A stretch of 16,545 bases of DNA from Nitrospinota bacterium (GTDB lineage Bacteria; Nitrospinota; Nitrospinia; Nitrospinales; VA-1): contig JAYNIA010000048.1 of assembly GCA_038108555.1 (NCBI GenBank), positions 1-16,545 on the forward strand, in the 5' to 3' direction. Made by a program: the position numbers and the translations under genes. Within the stretch, counting starts at the first letter, position 1. Each line of letters opens with the position of its first letter. Shown in pieces: positions 1 to 8,105 of the stretch. Below the pieces are notes generated by a model that was given only the letters and a program-made list of their open reading frames with translations, did no database searches and was not told the DNA's origin.

Positions 1-422
1 GGATTGTTGGAAACGGTTCGGGGATTATGGTGATGCGACCAGTACTTCACATCGTAATCGTATTTGCTGATATTGTAGACTTCGTTTTCCGTTTCAACGT
101 TGCCGTGTTCCGTGGTTCCGAGATAAACCCCGATGCGTGATCGGTCGAGGGATTCGAGGTCGAGTCCCGAATCGGCCATCGCTTCTCTTGCACAATAAAT
201 GGAAACGGAACCGACACGGGTTCCACGTCGGCGTTCTTTTTTCTTCTGGTATTTGAGTTCGTCAAAGTCGCACACCCCGGCGAGGACCTTCCCCATATAA
301 CGGGTTTCATATTCCTGGACTCCCGATACCCCGTTTAGCAGGTTTTCGCGAAACTCTTTCAGGTTGTTTCCGTTGGGGGCTGTTAATCCGATTCCGGTGA
401 TGACGATACGCGAGTTGATCAT
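1..422 (-). CDS. Beta-ketoacyl-ACP synthase (FabF/FabB-like), N-terminal part; 3' end lies outside the window
   Basis: Not in the ORF track; translated by hand. ATG at 422-420, 2 nt after the ispF stop, open to the window edge: MINSRIVITGIGLTAPNGNNLKEFRENLLNGVSGV...YCAREAMADSGLDLESLDRSRIGVYLGTTEHG...NPRTVSNN. RIVITGIG..P.G, L.G.SG, A.EA..DSGL and RIGV..G match the KAS N-terminal pattern. The catalytic Cys/His/His residues are beyond the edge. Confidence 0.9.
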   Translation of the reverse strand, partial: MINSRIVITGIGLTAPNGNNLKEFRENLLNGVSGVQEYETRYMGKVLAGVCDFDELKYQKKKERRRGTRVGSVSIYCAREAMADSGLDLESLDRSRIGVYLGTTEHGNVETENEVYNISKYDYDVKYWSHHHNPRTVSNN

Positions 423-424
423 TT

Positions 425-919
425 CTAGTTTACGGTTTTAGTTAACAACGCTACGGCGTAGGCGGCAATGCCCTCTTCCTTGCCCGCAAAACCCAATTTT
501 TCCGTTGTCGTGGCTTTTATATTTATCTGGCCTGTGTCAATAGACATGGCCTGTGCAATATTCTTTTTCATATCCGGTAAAAACGGTGCCAGTTTTGGTT
601 TTTGTGCAACGATGATGGTATCGAGGTTAGCAATTTCGAATCCCTTATCCCTGCAAATTTCCGTTACCTTTTCCAGCAGCACCAGGCTTGAGATTCCCTT
701 GTACTCCGGGTTGGTATCCGGGAAATGCGCTCCTATATCACCTCCACCCACCGCGCCGAGCAACGCATCGCATAAAGCGTGCAGCAATGCATCGGCATCG
801 GAGTGGCCATCGAGTCCGGTGGAATGCGGAACATCCACACCGCCCAGGATCAGCTTGCGACCTGCGACAAGACGGTGAACATCATAGCCATTGCCAATAC
901 GAATGATAGGTGAATTCAT
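425..919 (-). CDS. ispF: 2-C-methyl-D-erythritol 2,4-cyclodiphosphate synthase (stand-alone, not fused to IspD)
   Basis: RIGNGYDVH, GHSDAD..LHA..DA.LGA, GDIG.HFPD, NIKATTTEKLGF.GK.EGIAA motifs. Confidence 0.98.
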   Translation of the reverse strand: MNSPIIRIGNGYDVHRLVAGRKLILGGVDVPHSTGLDGHSDADALLHALCDALLGAVGGGDIGAHFPDTNPEYKGISSLVLLEKVTEICRDKGFEIANLDTIIVAQKPKLAPFLPDMKKNIAQAMSIDTGQINIKATTTEKLGFAGKEEGIAAYAVALLTKTVN

Positions 920-1052
920 AATATTTTTAATTCATCCCGGGAATACAAACCACCCCTGCCTCTTGGATAAGAAGACAAAATAACATTCAAACTACTTCTA
1001 AAAACCCGAAGGGAAATTTTACCTAAAAGAGTTTGACCAATTGCCTCCCATG

Positions 1053-2207
1053 CTAATGGGGGACGGTGACAAGTTTTGTGGTTTCTTCGCGGGCCCATTG
1101 GTCTGCATCCAGCACATCCTGCAATTCGTTTAGCGGGGATGGACTGTGGTTTTGCATAACCATACGAATGAGTTCCGAAATATCTTTGTAAGGGATGAGT
1201 TCATCGAGGAACGCCTGCACCGCAATTTCATTTGCAGCATTGAGAACCGCAGGCATGGTTTTCCCAATTTCCATGGCATCGATTGCCAGTTGCAAACAGG
1301 GGAAGCGTTCAAAGTCGGGAGCTTCGAAAGTCAGATTGCCAATTTTCGCCAAATCCAACGAGGGCAGATCGCATTCAAACCGGTCGGGATAAGTCAGGGC
1401 ATAAGCGATGGGTACCCGCATATCGGGGATGCCCAATTGTGCCATGATAGAAGTGTCGACAAACTCAATCATCGAATGGATGATGCTTTGTGCATGGACT
1501 ATGATTTCGACCGGAGTGTTGACACCAAACAACCATTTGGCTTCAATATATTCCAATCCCTTATTCATCATTGTTGATGAGTCAATTGTAATTTTTGCCC
1601 CCATGTTCCAGTTGGGATGGTTGAGTGCATCTTTCACCGTTACGTTTTCCATTTGCTCGAGGGTGAAGGTTCGGAACGGCCCGCCCGATGCGGTCAGGAT
1701 GATTTTTTTGATGCACTCTTTCTTTTCACCATTCAACGCCTGAAAGATGGCGCTGTGCTCACTGTCGATGGGGATGATTTGTGAGTTGGTTTTTTCTGCT
1801 TCTTTGAGTACCAGTTCTCCTGCAATAACCAGGGTTTCCTTATTTGCCAGTGCAAGATTTTTTCCTGCTCTTAGAGCATGGATGGCTGGAAGGAGTCCCG
1901 CACTTCCCACTACTCCCGAGACAACCACATCGACTTCCTCAAGGGTAGCGACTGCAACCGAACCTTCGTTGCCGGATAAAATTTCGACATCCAGATCCGC
2001 GACTTTCTTTTTCAGTTCGGGAATTTTTTTTGTATCGAAGAGGGTGGCGACCCTGGGTTTGAATTTTCTGATTTGTTTTGCAAAGAGTTCAACGTTACTT
2101 CCCGCCGACATGGCCAGAATTTGAAAACTTTCCGGATTGCGTTCAACCACATCCAGCGTATTAACGCCGATGGAGCCCGTAGAACCAAGAAGAGATATTT
2201 TTTTCAT
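1053..2207 (-). CDS. dxr: 1-deoxy-D-xylulose 5-phosphate reductoisomerase
   Basis: LGSTGSIG, LANKE, PIDSEHSAIFQ, LTASGGPF, HPNWNMGAKITIDS.TMMNKGLE motifs. Start moved from 2243 to the ATG at 2207 (MKKISLLG), which removes the overlap with cdsA. Confidence 0.98.
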   Translation of the reverse strand: MKKISLLGSTGSIGVNTLDVVERNPESFQILAMSAGSNVELFAKQIRKFKPRVATLFDTKKIPELKKKVADLDVEILSGNEGSVAVATLEEVDVVVSGVVGSAGLLPAIHALRAGKNLALANKETLVIAGELVLKEAEKTNSQIIPIDSEHSAIFQALNGEKKECIKKIILTASGGPFRTFTLEQMENVTVKDALNHPNWNMGAKITIDSSTMMNKGLEYIEAKWLFGVNTPVEIIVHAQSIIHSMIEFVDTSIMAQLGIPDMRVPIAYALTYPDRFECDLPSLDLAKIGNLTFEAPDFERFPCLQLAIDAMEIGKTMPAVLNAANEIAVQAFLDELIPYKDISELIRMVMQNHSPSPLNELQDVLDADQWAREETTKLVTVPH

Positions 2208-2212
2208 ATAAT

Positions 2213-3007
2213 TTAGGTTGCCAAGAATAACTGGTAGTAACAATAGAAAGCCGGTCCAGCAAACAAAAGGCTATCGATTCGATCCAAAACTCCTCCGTGT
2301 CCCGGGATCAATGTTCCAGAATCCTTGACCTGACAATTTCTTTTTATGAGCGATTCTGCCAAATCGCCGAACTGACCGATGATACCGCAAATGAAAGCCA
2401 CAATCAAACAATGGATTAGGGGAATTTCATTAAAGAAAAGCAGGCTCGCCAGCAAGGCCGCAAACAGAGTTCCGGCTACATTGGCAACGGCCCCGGCAAT
2501 TGTTTTATTTGGGCTAACAATCTCAATCAACTTGCTTTCGCCAAATTTCTGACCCCCGTAATAGGCCAGGATATCGCCAGCCCAGATAAATAATAATATG
2601 AAGACCGCCATTTGCCTGCCTCCCTCCAGATTTCCGATTAGCAGGAAAAAGCCGCCCAGCCCTGCCGTATAAAAAATCCCAAACAGGGAATAGGAAATCG
2701 AGTCCAGCGCCACCCGCACATTTTTTTCCCTGACAAACCAGACGATAAACAAAGTCATGGGAACGAAAAAGGTGAAAACTGGTAAATGTTGAGGAACAAA
2801 AAAATATGCCGCGAGGATAAGGAAACTTAAAATCAAGCCTTCAATCATAAACCCCGTCACCCCTGCATTGCCGATCATGGAAAAATATTCGTGAGCGGCA
2901 ACCAAAACCAGAGACGCAATCAAAACAAAATATAACCAGGGATGCCCGTATAAAATAATTCCCAGGACTAGGGGAACCATAATAACTCCGCTTATGACAC
3001 GTTCCAA
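2213..3007 (-). CDS. cdsA: Phosphatidate cytidylyltransferase
   Basis: Polytopic membrane protein with W..D..AY..G, SPNKT..G and GDL.ES.IKR...KDSG.LIPGHGG.LDRIDS. TTG start with an AGGAG Shine-Dalgarno upstream. Confidence 0.97.
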   Translation of the reverse strand: MERVISGVIMVPLVLGIILYGHPWLYFVLIASLVLVAAHEYFSMIGNAGVTGFMIEGLILSFLILAAYFFVPQHLPVFTFFVPMTLFIVWFVREKNVRVALDSISYSLFGIFYTAGLGGFFLLIGNLEGGRQMAVFILLFIWAGDILAYYGGQKFGESKLIEIVSPNKTIAGAVANVAGTLFAALLASLLFFNEIPLIHCLIVAFICGIIGQFGDLAESLIKRNCQVKDSGTLIPGHGGVLDRIDSLLFAGPAFYCYYQLFLAT

Positions 3008-3095
3008 AATTTTCTCCTGGTGGAATTACATATTTTTGTTAGTGGTAATTAAGAAGAGGAGATGGGTTTGCACCCTGAACCATAAAAATTTCCAT

Positions 3096-3851
3096 TCAGG
3101 CTTTTGCTATTTGTTCCTGGGTCATTCCGAACCGACGGTCTCGACCCTGATAATCAATGATGGCATTTAAAAAATCGTTTTCTGTAAAATCAGGCCACAA
3201 GACATTATTATAATGCAATTCAGTATATGCGCTTTGATATAAAAGAAAGTTACTGATTCTCCTTTCACCACTGGTCCTGATTAACAGATCGGGGTCCGGG
3301 ATAGGGTGCGTGGAAAGAAAAGATTCGAACAACTGCGGATCAATTTCTTCGGTTGTTATTTTTCCCTCTTTCACCATCTGCGCGACTTTTTTTACCGCAT
3401 CCATTATTTCCTGCCTACCACCGTAACTCAAGGCCAGAGTAAGAATCATTCCCGTATTGTTCCGCGTTTCGTCTATGGAGTATTGGATCAGTTTTTGAAT
3501 TGCTGGAGGCAGGTCTTCAATATGCCCGATGGTATTGAACTGAATATTCTCTTCTTTCATTCGGTTCAATTCTTTTTTGAGGTAATGATCCAGAATTTTC
3601 ATCAAGGTCCCGATTTCAGCGGAGGGACGGTTCCAGTTTTCATCGGAAAAGGAGTACAGGGTCAGGGCTTCCAGGTTGAGCTTGCAACCCAGGGTGACGA
3701 TGCGATCTACCACTTTCACACCGGCCCAATGACCTTCAACTCGAGGGAGTGAATTTTTTTGCGCCCATCTGCCATTGCCATCCATAATAACGGCAATATG
3801 CCTGGGCATTCGATGCGGGTCGATTTTTTCCTGTAACTTTGATTCGACCAA
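3096..3851 (-). CDS. uppS: Undecaprenyl diphosphate synthase (cis-prenyltransferase)
   Basis: HIAVIMDGNGRWA, FS.ENW.RP, YGGRQEI, PDLLIRTSGE.RISNFLL motifs. TTG start with AGGAG about 8 nt upstream. Canonical position between frr and cdsA. Confidence 0.97.
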   Translation of the reverse strand: MVESKLQEKIDPHRMPRHIAVIMDGNGRWAQKNSLPRVEGHWAGVKVVDRIVTLGCKLNLEALTLYSFSDENWNRPSAEIGTLMKILDHYLKKELNRMKEENIQFNTIGHIEDLPPAIQKLIQYSIDETRNNTGMILTLALSYGGRQEIMDAVKKVAQMVKEGKITTEEIDPQLFESFLSTHPIPDPDLLIRTSGERRISNFLLYQSAYTELHYNNVLWPDFTENDFLNAIIDYQGRDRRFGMTQEQIAKA

Positions 3852-3909
3852 GAAGAGGGCTCCTGAATAAACGACCGGGCAACAATATAAAACAAATTCG
3901 AAAAAGAAA

Positions 3910-4467
3910 CTATACTTCTATAATATCTTTCTCTTTTGTCTGGGCGATCTTATCAACTTCTGCGACGAATTTATCGGTTAATTTCTGGGCGGCATCATGG
4001 CCCTTGCGGCCTTCATCTTCAGAGATTTCATGGCTCTTTTCTGATTTTTTGAGTTTTTCGTTAATATCTCTGCGGATATTTCGAATCGCCACCTTGCAAT
4101 CCTCCGCCTGTTTTTTCACCAACTTTACCAGTTGCTGCCGCCTCTCATTGGTCAGCGGAGGAATAGTCAGTCGAATAACCTTCCCATCATTGTTGGGAGT
4201 CAAACCCAGATCAGAACTTTGAATTGCTTTTTCAATATCCTTAAGGATGGATGCTTCCCAGGGTTGGACGGTCAGGGTTTGGTTATCCGGTGCCCCGAGC
4301 GTAGCCACTTGTTTTAACGGTGTGGGGTTGCCGTAATAGTCCACCTTCAGGTCATCCAACAAGGCTACCGAGGCTTGCCCTGTCCTCAATTTACCCAGTT
4401 CGTGAAGCAAATGGTCAATCGAGCTTTTCATTTTATGCTCAGCGTCTTTTATTAAATCATCTGACAT
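3910..4467 (-). CDS. frr: Ribosome recycling factor
   Basis: LRTG.A, VDYYG.PTPL, DLGLTP.NDG.VIR..IPPLT.ERR, VAIRNIRRD; 185 aa. Confidence 0.98.
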   Translation of the reverse strand: MSDDLIKDAEHKMKSSIDHLLHELGKLRTGQASVALLDDLKVDYYGNPTPLKQVATLGAPDNQTLTVQPWEASILKDIEKAIQSSDLGLTPNNDGKVIRLTIPPLTNERRQQLVKLVKKQAEDCKVAIRNIRRDINEKLKKSEKSHEISEDEGRKGHDAAQKLTDKFVAEVDKIAQTKEKDIIEV

Positions 4468-4472
4468 TTTTT

Positions 4473-5192
4473 TCAGGCTCCCACGGTTGTTCCTATATTT
4501 TCACCCAATAAAACTCTTTTAATACTGTTCGTCTGACGAAAATTAAATATTACCATAGGTAATTTATTATCCATACAAAGAGAAACGGAAGTGGAATCCA
4601 TAACCTTCAGGCCTTTTTTCAACACATCCAGATAACTCAACTCTTCATAACGGACAGCGTCTTTGTCTGTTCTTGGGTCGGAACTGTAAATTCCATCCAC
4701 TTTTGTGGCTTTAAAAATAACATCGGCTCCAATCTCCATGGCCCTTAAAGAAGCGGCGGTGTCGGTTGTGAAGTATGGATTTCCGGTTCCTCCTGCAAAA
4801 ATAACCACCCGCCCTTTTTCCAGATGGCGGACCGCCCTGCGGCGGACATAGGCCTCGGCCACGGCTTGAATTTCAATAGCCGTCTGCACGCGGGTGGGAA
4901 TCCCAGCTTTCTCCAACGCTCCCTGGAGAGCCAGTGCATTTATGACCGTTGCCAGCATTCCCATATAATCACCGGTAGCCCTTTCGATTCCAATCGAACT
5001 TAATGAGGCACCACGGAGAATGTTTCCACCGCCAATGACTATTGCTATTTCAACGCCGAGGTCTTTGGCCGCTTTGATTTCTTCCGTAATATTTACGAGG
5101 GCTTCCTGGTGAAGACCAAAATCTCCCTCTTCATTTACCAGGCTTTCACCGCCTAATTTTAAAAGGATCCTTTTATAAATTGCTTCTGACAT
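4473..5192 (-). CDS. pyrH: UMP kinase
   Basis: [51 protein letters not shown] motifs. ATG overlaps the tsf stop (TAATG). Confidence 0.98.
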   Translation of the reverse strand: MSEAIYKRILLKLGGESLVNEEGDFGLHQEALVNITEEIKAAKDLGVEIAIVIGGGNILRGASLSSIGIERATGDYMGMLATVINALALQGALEKAGIPTRVQTAIEIQAVAEAYVRRRAVRHLEKGRVVIFAGGTGNPYFTTDTAASLRAMEIGADVIFKATKVDGIYSSDPRTDKDAVRYEELSYLDVLKKGLKVMDSTSVSLCMDNKLPMVIFNFRQTNSIKRVLLGENIGTTVGA

Positions 5193-5779
5193 TAAATTTC
5201 AAACCTTACAAATCGTCCGATGTTGATATTTTCCCCCAGTAAAGCAATTTTTTGTTTGATCAATTCCTGAACCGTAATATTGGTATCTTTTATAAAGGCC
5301 TGCTCCAGAACACAGTTTTCTTCATAAAACTTTTCCATTTTTCCTGCAACGATTTTTTCGATAATGTTATCGGGTTTGCCAGATTCCTTGGCCTGGTGAG
5401 CGGCGATTTCCTTTTCTTTATCGAGGATTTCCTGGGTAACTTCGTCTCTGGTTGCAAAGCGGGGCTTTGCGGCGGCAATATGCATGGCAATATCACGGAC
5501 CAGTTCCTGAAAATCAGGTGTATTCGCAACAAAATCAGTTTCACAATTCAGTTCAACCATAACACCCAGCTTGTTGCCTGCATGAATGTAAGAGCCGACA
5601 GCACCATCCCCTGTCTGTCGATCTGATTTTTTATCTGCTTTCGCCAATCCTTTTTTCCGCAGAAAAGTGATAGCCGCTTCCACATCGCCATCGGTTTCCT
5701 TTAATGCAGATTTGCATTCCATAATACCTGCGCCGGATTGAGAGCGCAGTTCCTTAACCATCGCAGCAGTTATTTCCAT
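5192..5779 (-). CDS. tsf: Elongation factor Ts, short (195 aa) type
   Basis: [46 protein letters not shown] motifs; lies between rpsB and pyrH. Confidence 0.98.
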   Translation of the reverse strand: MEITAAMVKELRSQSGAGIMECKSALKETDGDVEAAITFLRKKGLAKADKKSDRQTGDGAVGSYIHAGNKLGVMVELNCETDFVANTPDFQELVRDIAMHIAAAKPRFATRDEVTQEILDKEKEIAAHQAKESGKPDNIIEKIVAGKMEKFYEENCVLEQAFIKDTNITVQELIKQKIALLGENINIGRFVRFEI

Positions 5780-5876
5780 TCCTAAACATCCTTACAAAAA
5801 AAGTTAATCGAATAAATTAATCGAACAAGACAATTGCCTGGTCGGTAAATATTAATTGAGTGACTTTGGTTGTCCC

Positions 5877-5900
5877 TCCCGCAGAGGCAACTCTGCGGGA
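5877..5900. other. Perfect 10-bp GC-rich stem-loop in the rpsB-tsf spacer
   Basis: TCCCGCAGAG-GCAA-CTCTGCGGGA on +. On the transcribed minus strand it can extend by three U-G pairs but is not followed by a U-tract. Confidence 0.75.
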
Positions 5901-5940
5901 AAATTTCAGCCGGGGTATTCAAACCCGAATTTAATTCAGA

Positions 5941-6732
5941 TCAGGCAGGCACTACAGTTTCGCTTTTGTCCTTATCATCAGAAACCGGGGGTGTCTCTTC
6001 TTCCGCAGGGGAGCCAGAGTCTTTTGCCTCTTCTTCCTGGCTGGATTTTTTCATCTCCTGGCCTTCCAGATAGACATCGGAAATTCTGTGAGCAAACAGC
6101 TTGATGGAACGCATTGCATCGTCATTAGCCGGAATGGGGAAATCAATTCCATCCGGATCGGAATTGGTATCGACCATGGCTATGATTTTGATTCCCAGCT
6201 TTTTTCCTTCTGCCAACGCAATTTTTTCTTTTCGGGTATCTACGATGAACATAACATCCGGCAAATCTTTCATCGTTTTAATTCCACCAAAAAACTTATT
6301 CAGCTTGACGATTTCTTTACGCAGATCCAGCGCTTCTTTTTTATGTAACCGATCAAACTGATTTTCCTCATCCATTTTTTCCAATTCCAGCAACCTGGCA
6401 ATACTTTTCCTGATGGTTGCGAAATTGGTGAGTGTTCCTCCCAGCCATCGCTGATTGATGTAATGCATACCGCAGCGTCTTGCTTCATCTGCGATCAATT
6501 CCTGTGCTTGCTTTTTAGTGGCCACGAAAAGGATTTTTTTTCCGGCACGCGCACTTTCTCTAATATATTTTTCAGCCGCTTGAAAAGCGGTCAGCGTTTT
6601 TTGCAAATCAATAATATAAATTCCGCTGCGAGCCCCATATATATAAGGTTTCATTTTAGGGTTCCAACGGTTGGTCTGGTGGCCAAAATGAACACCGGAC
6701 TCCAGCAAGCTTTTCATCGTGATTTCAGACAT
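5941..6732 (-). CDS. rpsB: 30S ribosomal protein S2
   Basis: [45 protein letters not shown] motifs; acidic C-terminal tail; AAGGAG Shine-Dalgarno. Confidence 0.99.
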   Translation of the reverse strand: MSEITMKSLLESGVHFGHQTNRWNPKMKPYIYGARSGIYIIDLQKTLTAFQAAEKYIRESARAGKKILFVATKKQAQELIADEARRCGMHYINQRWLGGTLTNFATIRKSIARLLELEKMDEENQFDRLHKKEALDLRKEIVKLNKFFGGIKTMKDLPDVMFIVDTRKEKIALAEGKKLGIKIIAMVDTNSDPDGIDFPIPANDDAMRSIKLFAHRISDVYLEGQEMKKSSQEEEAKDSGSPAEEETPPVSDDKDKSETVVPA

Positions 6733-6753
6733 TCTTTCTCCTTAAAAATTAAT

Positions 6754-6830
6754 GGGTTATACCACCGCCTCCTTCGACTCGCATCAGGAACCCGCAGGCC
6801 ACCCCTGATTTGATCCGGAAACGTGCGTGA
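6754..6830 (-). ncRNA. rpsB 5' leader, S2 autoregulatory element (t44-like)
   Basis: Minus strand reads TCACGCACG...ATCAGG-GGTGGCCTGCGGGTT-CCTGAT...GGAGGCGGTGGTATAACCC. It has the CAC-R-CAC start, an internal GGGGTG, an ATCAGG/CCTGAT stem and the GGAGGC..TAACCC end typical of rpsB leaders. GGGU and ACCC can pair. Confidence 0.8.
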
Positions 6831-6876
6831 TTAAATTTTCTGGAATTCTTCCAAAAAGGAAGCCAAATTGTGGCTT

Positions 6877-6905
6877 AGACTAACATATTCAAGGTGCACT
6901 GACAA
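6877..6905 (-). promoter_or_regulatory. sigma70-type promoter of the rpsB operon
   Basis: TTGTCA (6905-6900), a 17-nt spacer ending in TGT, then TAGTCT (6882-6877): a -35 box plus an extended -10, upstream of the leader. Confidence 0.65.
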
Positions 6906-7064
6906 TATGGAACCGGCAAATGAAGCGGTTTTTCTTTATTTTTCAGTCCACTAGGGAAATCACCTCCGAATCCAGGTAAAAAAGCACTCGCTTTTTTTAA
7001 TTTTCTAAATCTGCTACCTTGGATCCGCAAAAGATTAAATCAATTCTTTGGTTTTATTATATTT

Positions 7065-8087
7065 ATGAATTCCAAAAAATTTTTAGTGGTCAGTACAACC
7101 GGAATGGGAGATTGCCTCTGGGGAACTCCGGGGATCCGAGAATTAAAAAAGGCTCATCCCGAGGCGGAGATTGATTTGATCGTCAATAAAAACTGGATGG
7201 ACCTTTTCAAACACTGTCCCCATTTGAACCATATCTACCCCTATCAAAACAGATGGTATGCACAAGTTCCCTTAGGATTGAAATTATGGGTCAACAAAGA
7301 GTACTCCCATATTTTTATTTTCCACGCGAACAATGATTTTAAAAGGATGAAGCCTTTCCTGAAATCTTCACCCATCTGGAATCATCAGGGGCATAAATGG
7401 TGTCCCGAAAAATTCAATATCAAATCCAAACTGGGGGAACATTCACAATCTTCGGAAAAAGACCTGCACGCCATTGAGCGCAGGCTTCTCCTTTTGGAGG
7501 AAATCGATGTTGAACCGCGTCAACCACAAATGGAATTGTTTTTCAGCGAAAGCGAAAAAAACTTTTTCAAGGATTACAAAGAAAAAAATGGATTAAAAGA
7601 TCCTTTTGCGGTTTGTCATATTGGAGCCAGCTCCGTAGATCGATTGTGGGAATCCAAAAACTTTTTCGACCTTGCAAATTTAATATTAAAAGAGACATCT
7701 CTTAATATTGTTTTCGGTGGAAATAAAAACGAAATAGAAATTTTAAAATCGCTCAACCTTCCCGATAGCGACAGAATATTTTTTGCTTTTGATATGGGCA
7801 TTTTAAATTATGCCTATCTTTTAAATGAAGCCCGTCTTCTGGTATCAAACAACACCGGACCTATGCACATAGGTTATGCGGTCAATACCCCCACCATTGG
7901 AATTTTTCAACATGTAGGAAACGGTCACCCTGAAAGGGTGGGCCCCTTTAAGATGGATGAAACTTTTTTTCCTGTTGTTAGTTATTTGAATGGGAATACA
8001 AGTGTGGAAGAAGTTTGGGAAAAGTTTCAAACCATCCATCATGCAAATGAGCAGGGGAAAAAACCGGAGATTCTGCCAGGAAGTTAG
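7065..8087 (+). CDS. Glycosyltransferase family 9 (ADP-heptose:LPS heptosyltransferase-like)
   Basis: N-terminal GMGD...TP.IR.LK..HP.AEID, central H..ER, H.GAS...R.W and C-terminal SNNTGPMHI..A..TPTIG.F match the GT9 pattern. Confidence 0.88.
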   Translation: MNSKKFLVVSTTGMGDCLWGTPGIRELKKAHPEAEIDLIVNKNWMDLFKHCPHLNHIYPYQNRWYAQVPLGLKLWVNKEYSHIFIFHANNDFKRMKPFLKSSPIWNHQGHKWCPEKFNIKSKLGEHSQSSEKDLHAIERRLLLLEEIDVEPRQPQMELFFSESEKNFFKDYKEKNGLKDPFAVCHIGASSVDRLWESKNFFDLANLILKETSLNIVFGGNKNEIEILKSLNLPDSDRIFFAFDMGILNYAYLLNEARLLVSNNTGPMHIGYAVNTPTIGIFQHVGNGHPERVGPFKMDETFFPVVSYLNGNTSVEEVWEKFQTIHHANEQGKKPEILPGS

Positions 8088-8105
8088 TTTGAAAAAATTC
8101 TATTG

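Noticed and set aside
47..310. 87-aa minus-strand ORF in the track
   Set aside because: Out-of-frame shadow inside the KAS gene (1-422), whose frame carries the recognisable motifs.
916..1098. 60-aa ORF bridging dxr and ispF, and a CCCTTCGGG mini-hairpin in that spacer
   Set aside because: The ORF overlaps the dxr 3' end and has no recognisable features. The hairpin stem is only 2-3 bp, too weak to call a terminator.
2208..2243. N-terminal extension of Dxr given by the ORF track
   Set aside because: Overlaps cdsA; the family N-terminus begins at MKKISLLGSTGSIG (2207).
3039..3095. 18-codon ORF (MEIFMVQGANPSPLLNYH) starting right after the uppS stop, with a GGGT-GCAA-ACCC hairpin
   Set aside because: Too short, no SD and only a 4-bp stem; cannot be distinguished from chance without conservation data.
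5877..5900. Hairpin as an intrinsic terminator, REP element or CRISPR repeat
   Set aside because: No U-tract on the transcribed strand and I found only one copy in the window.
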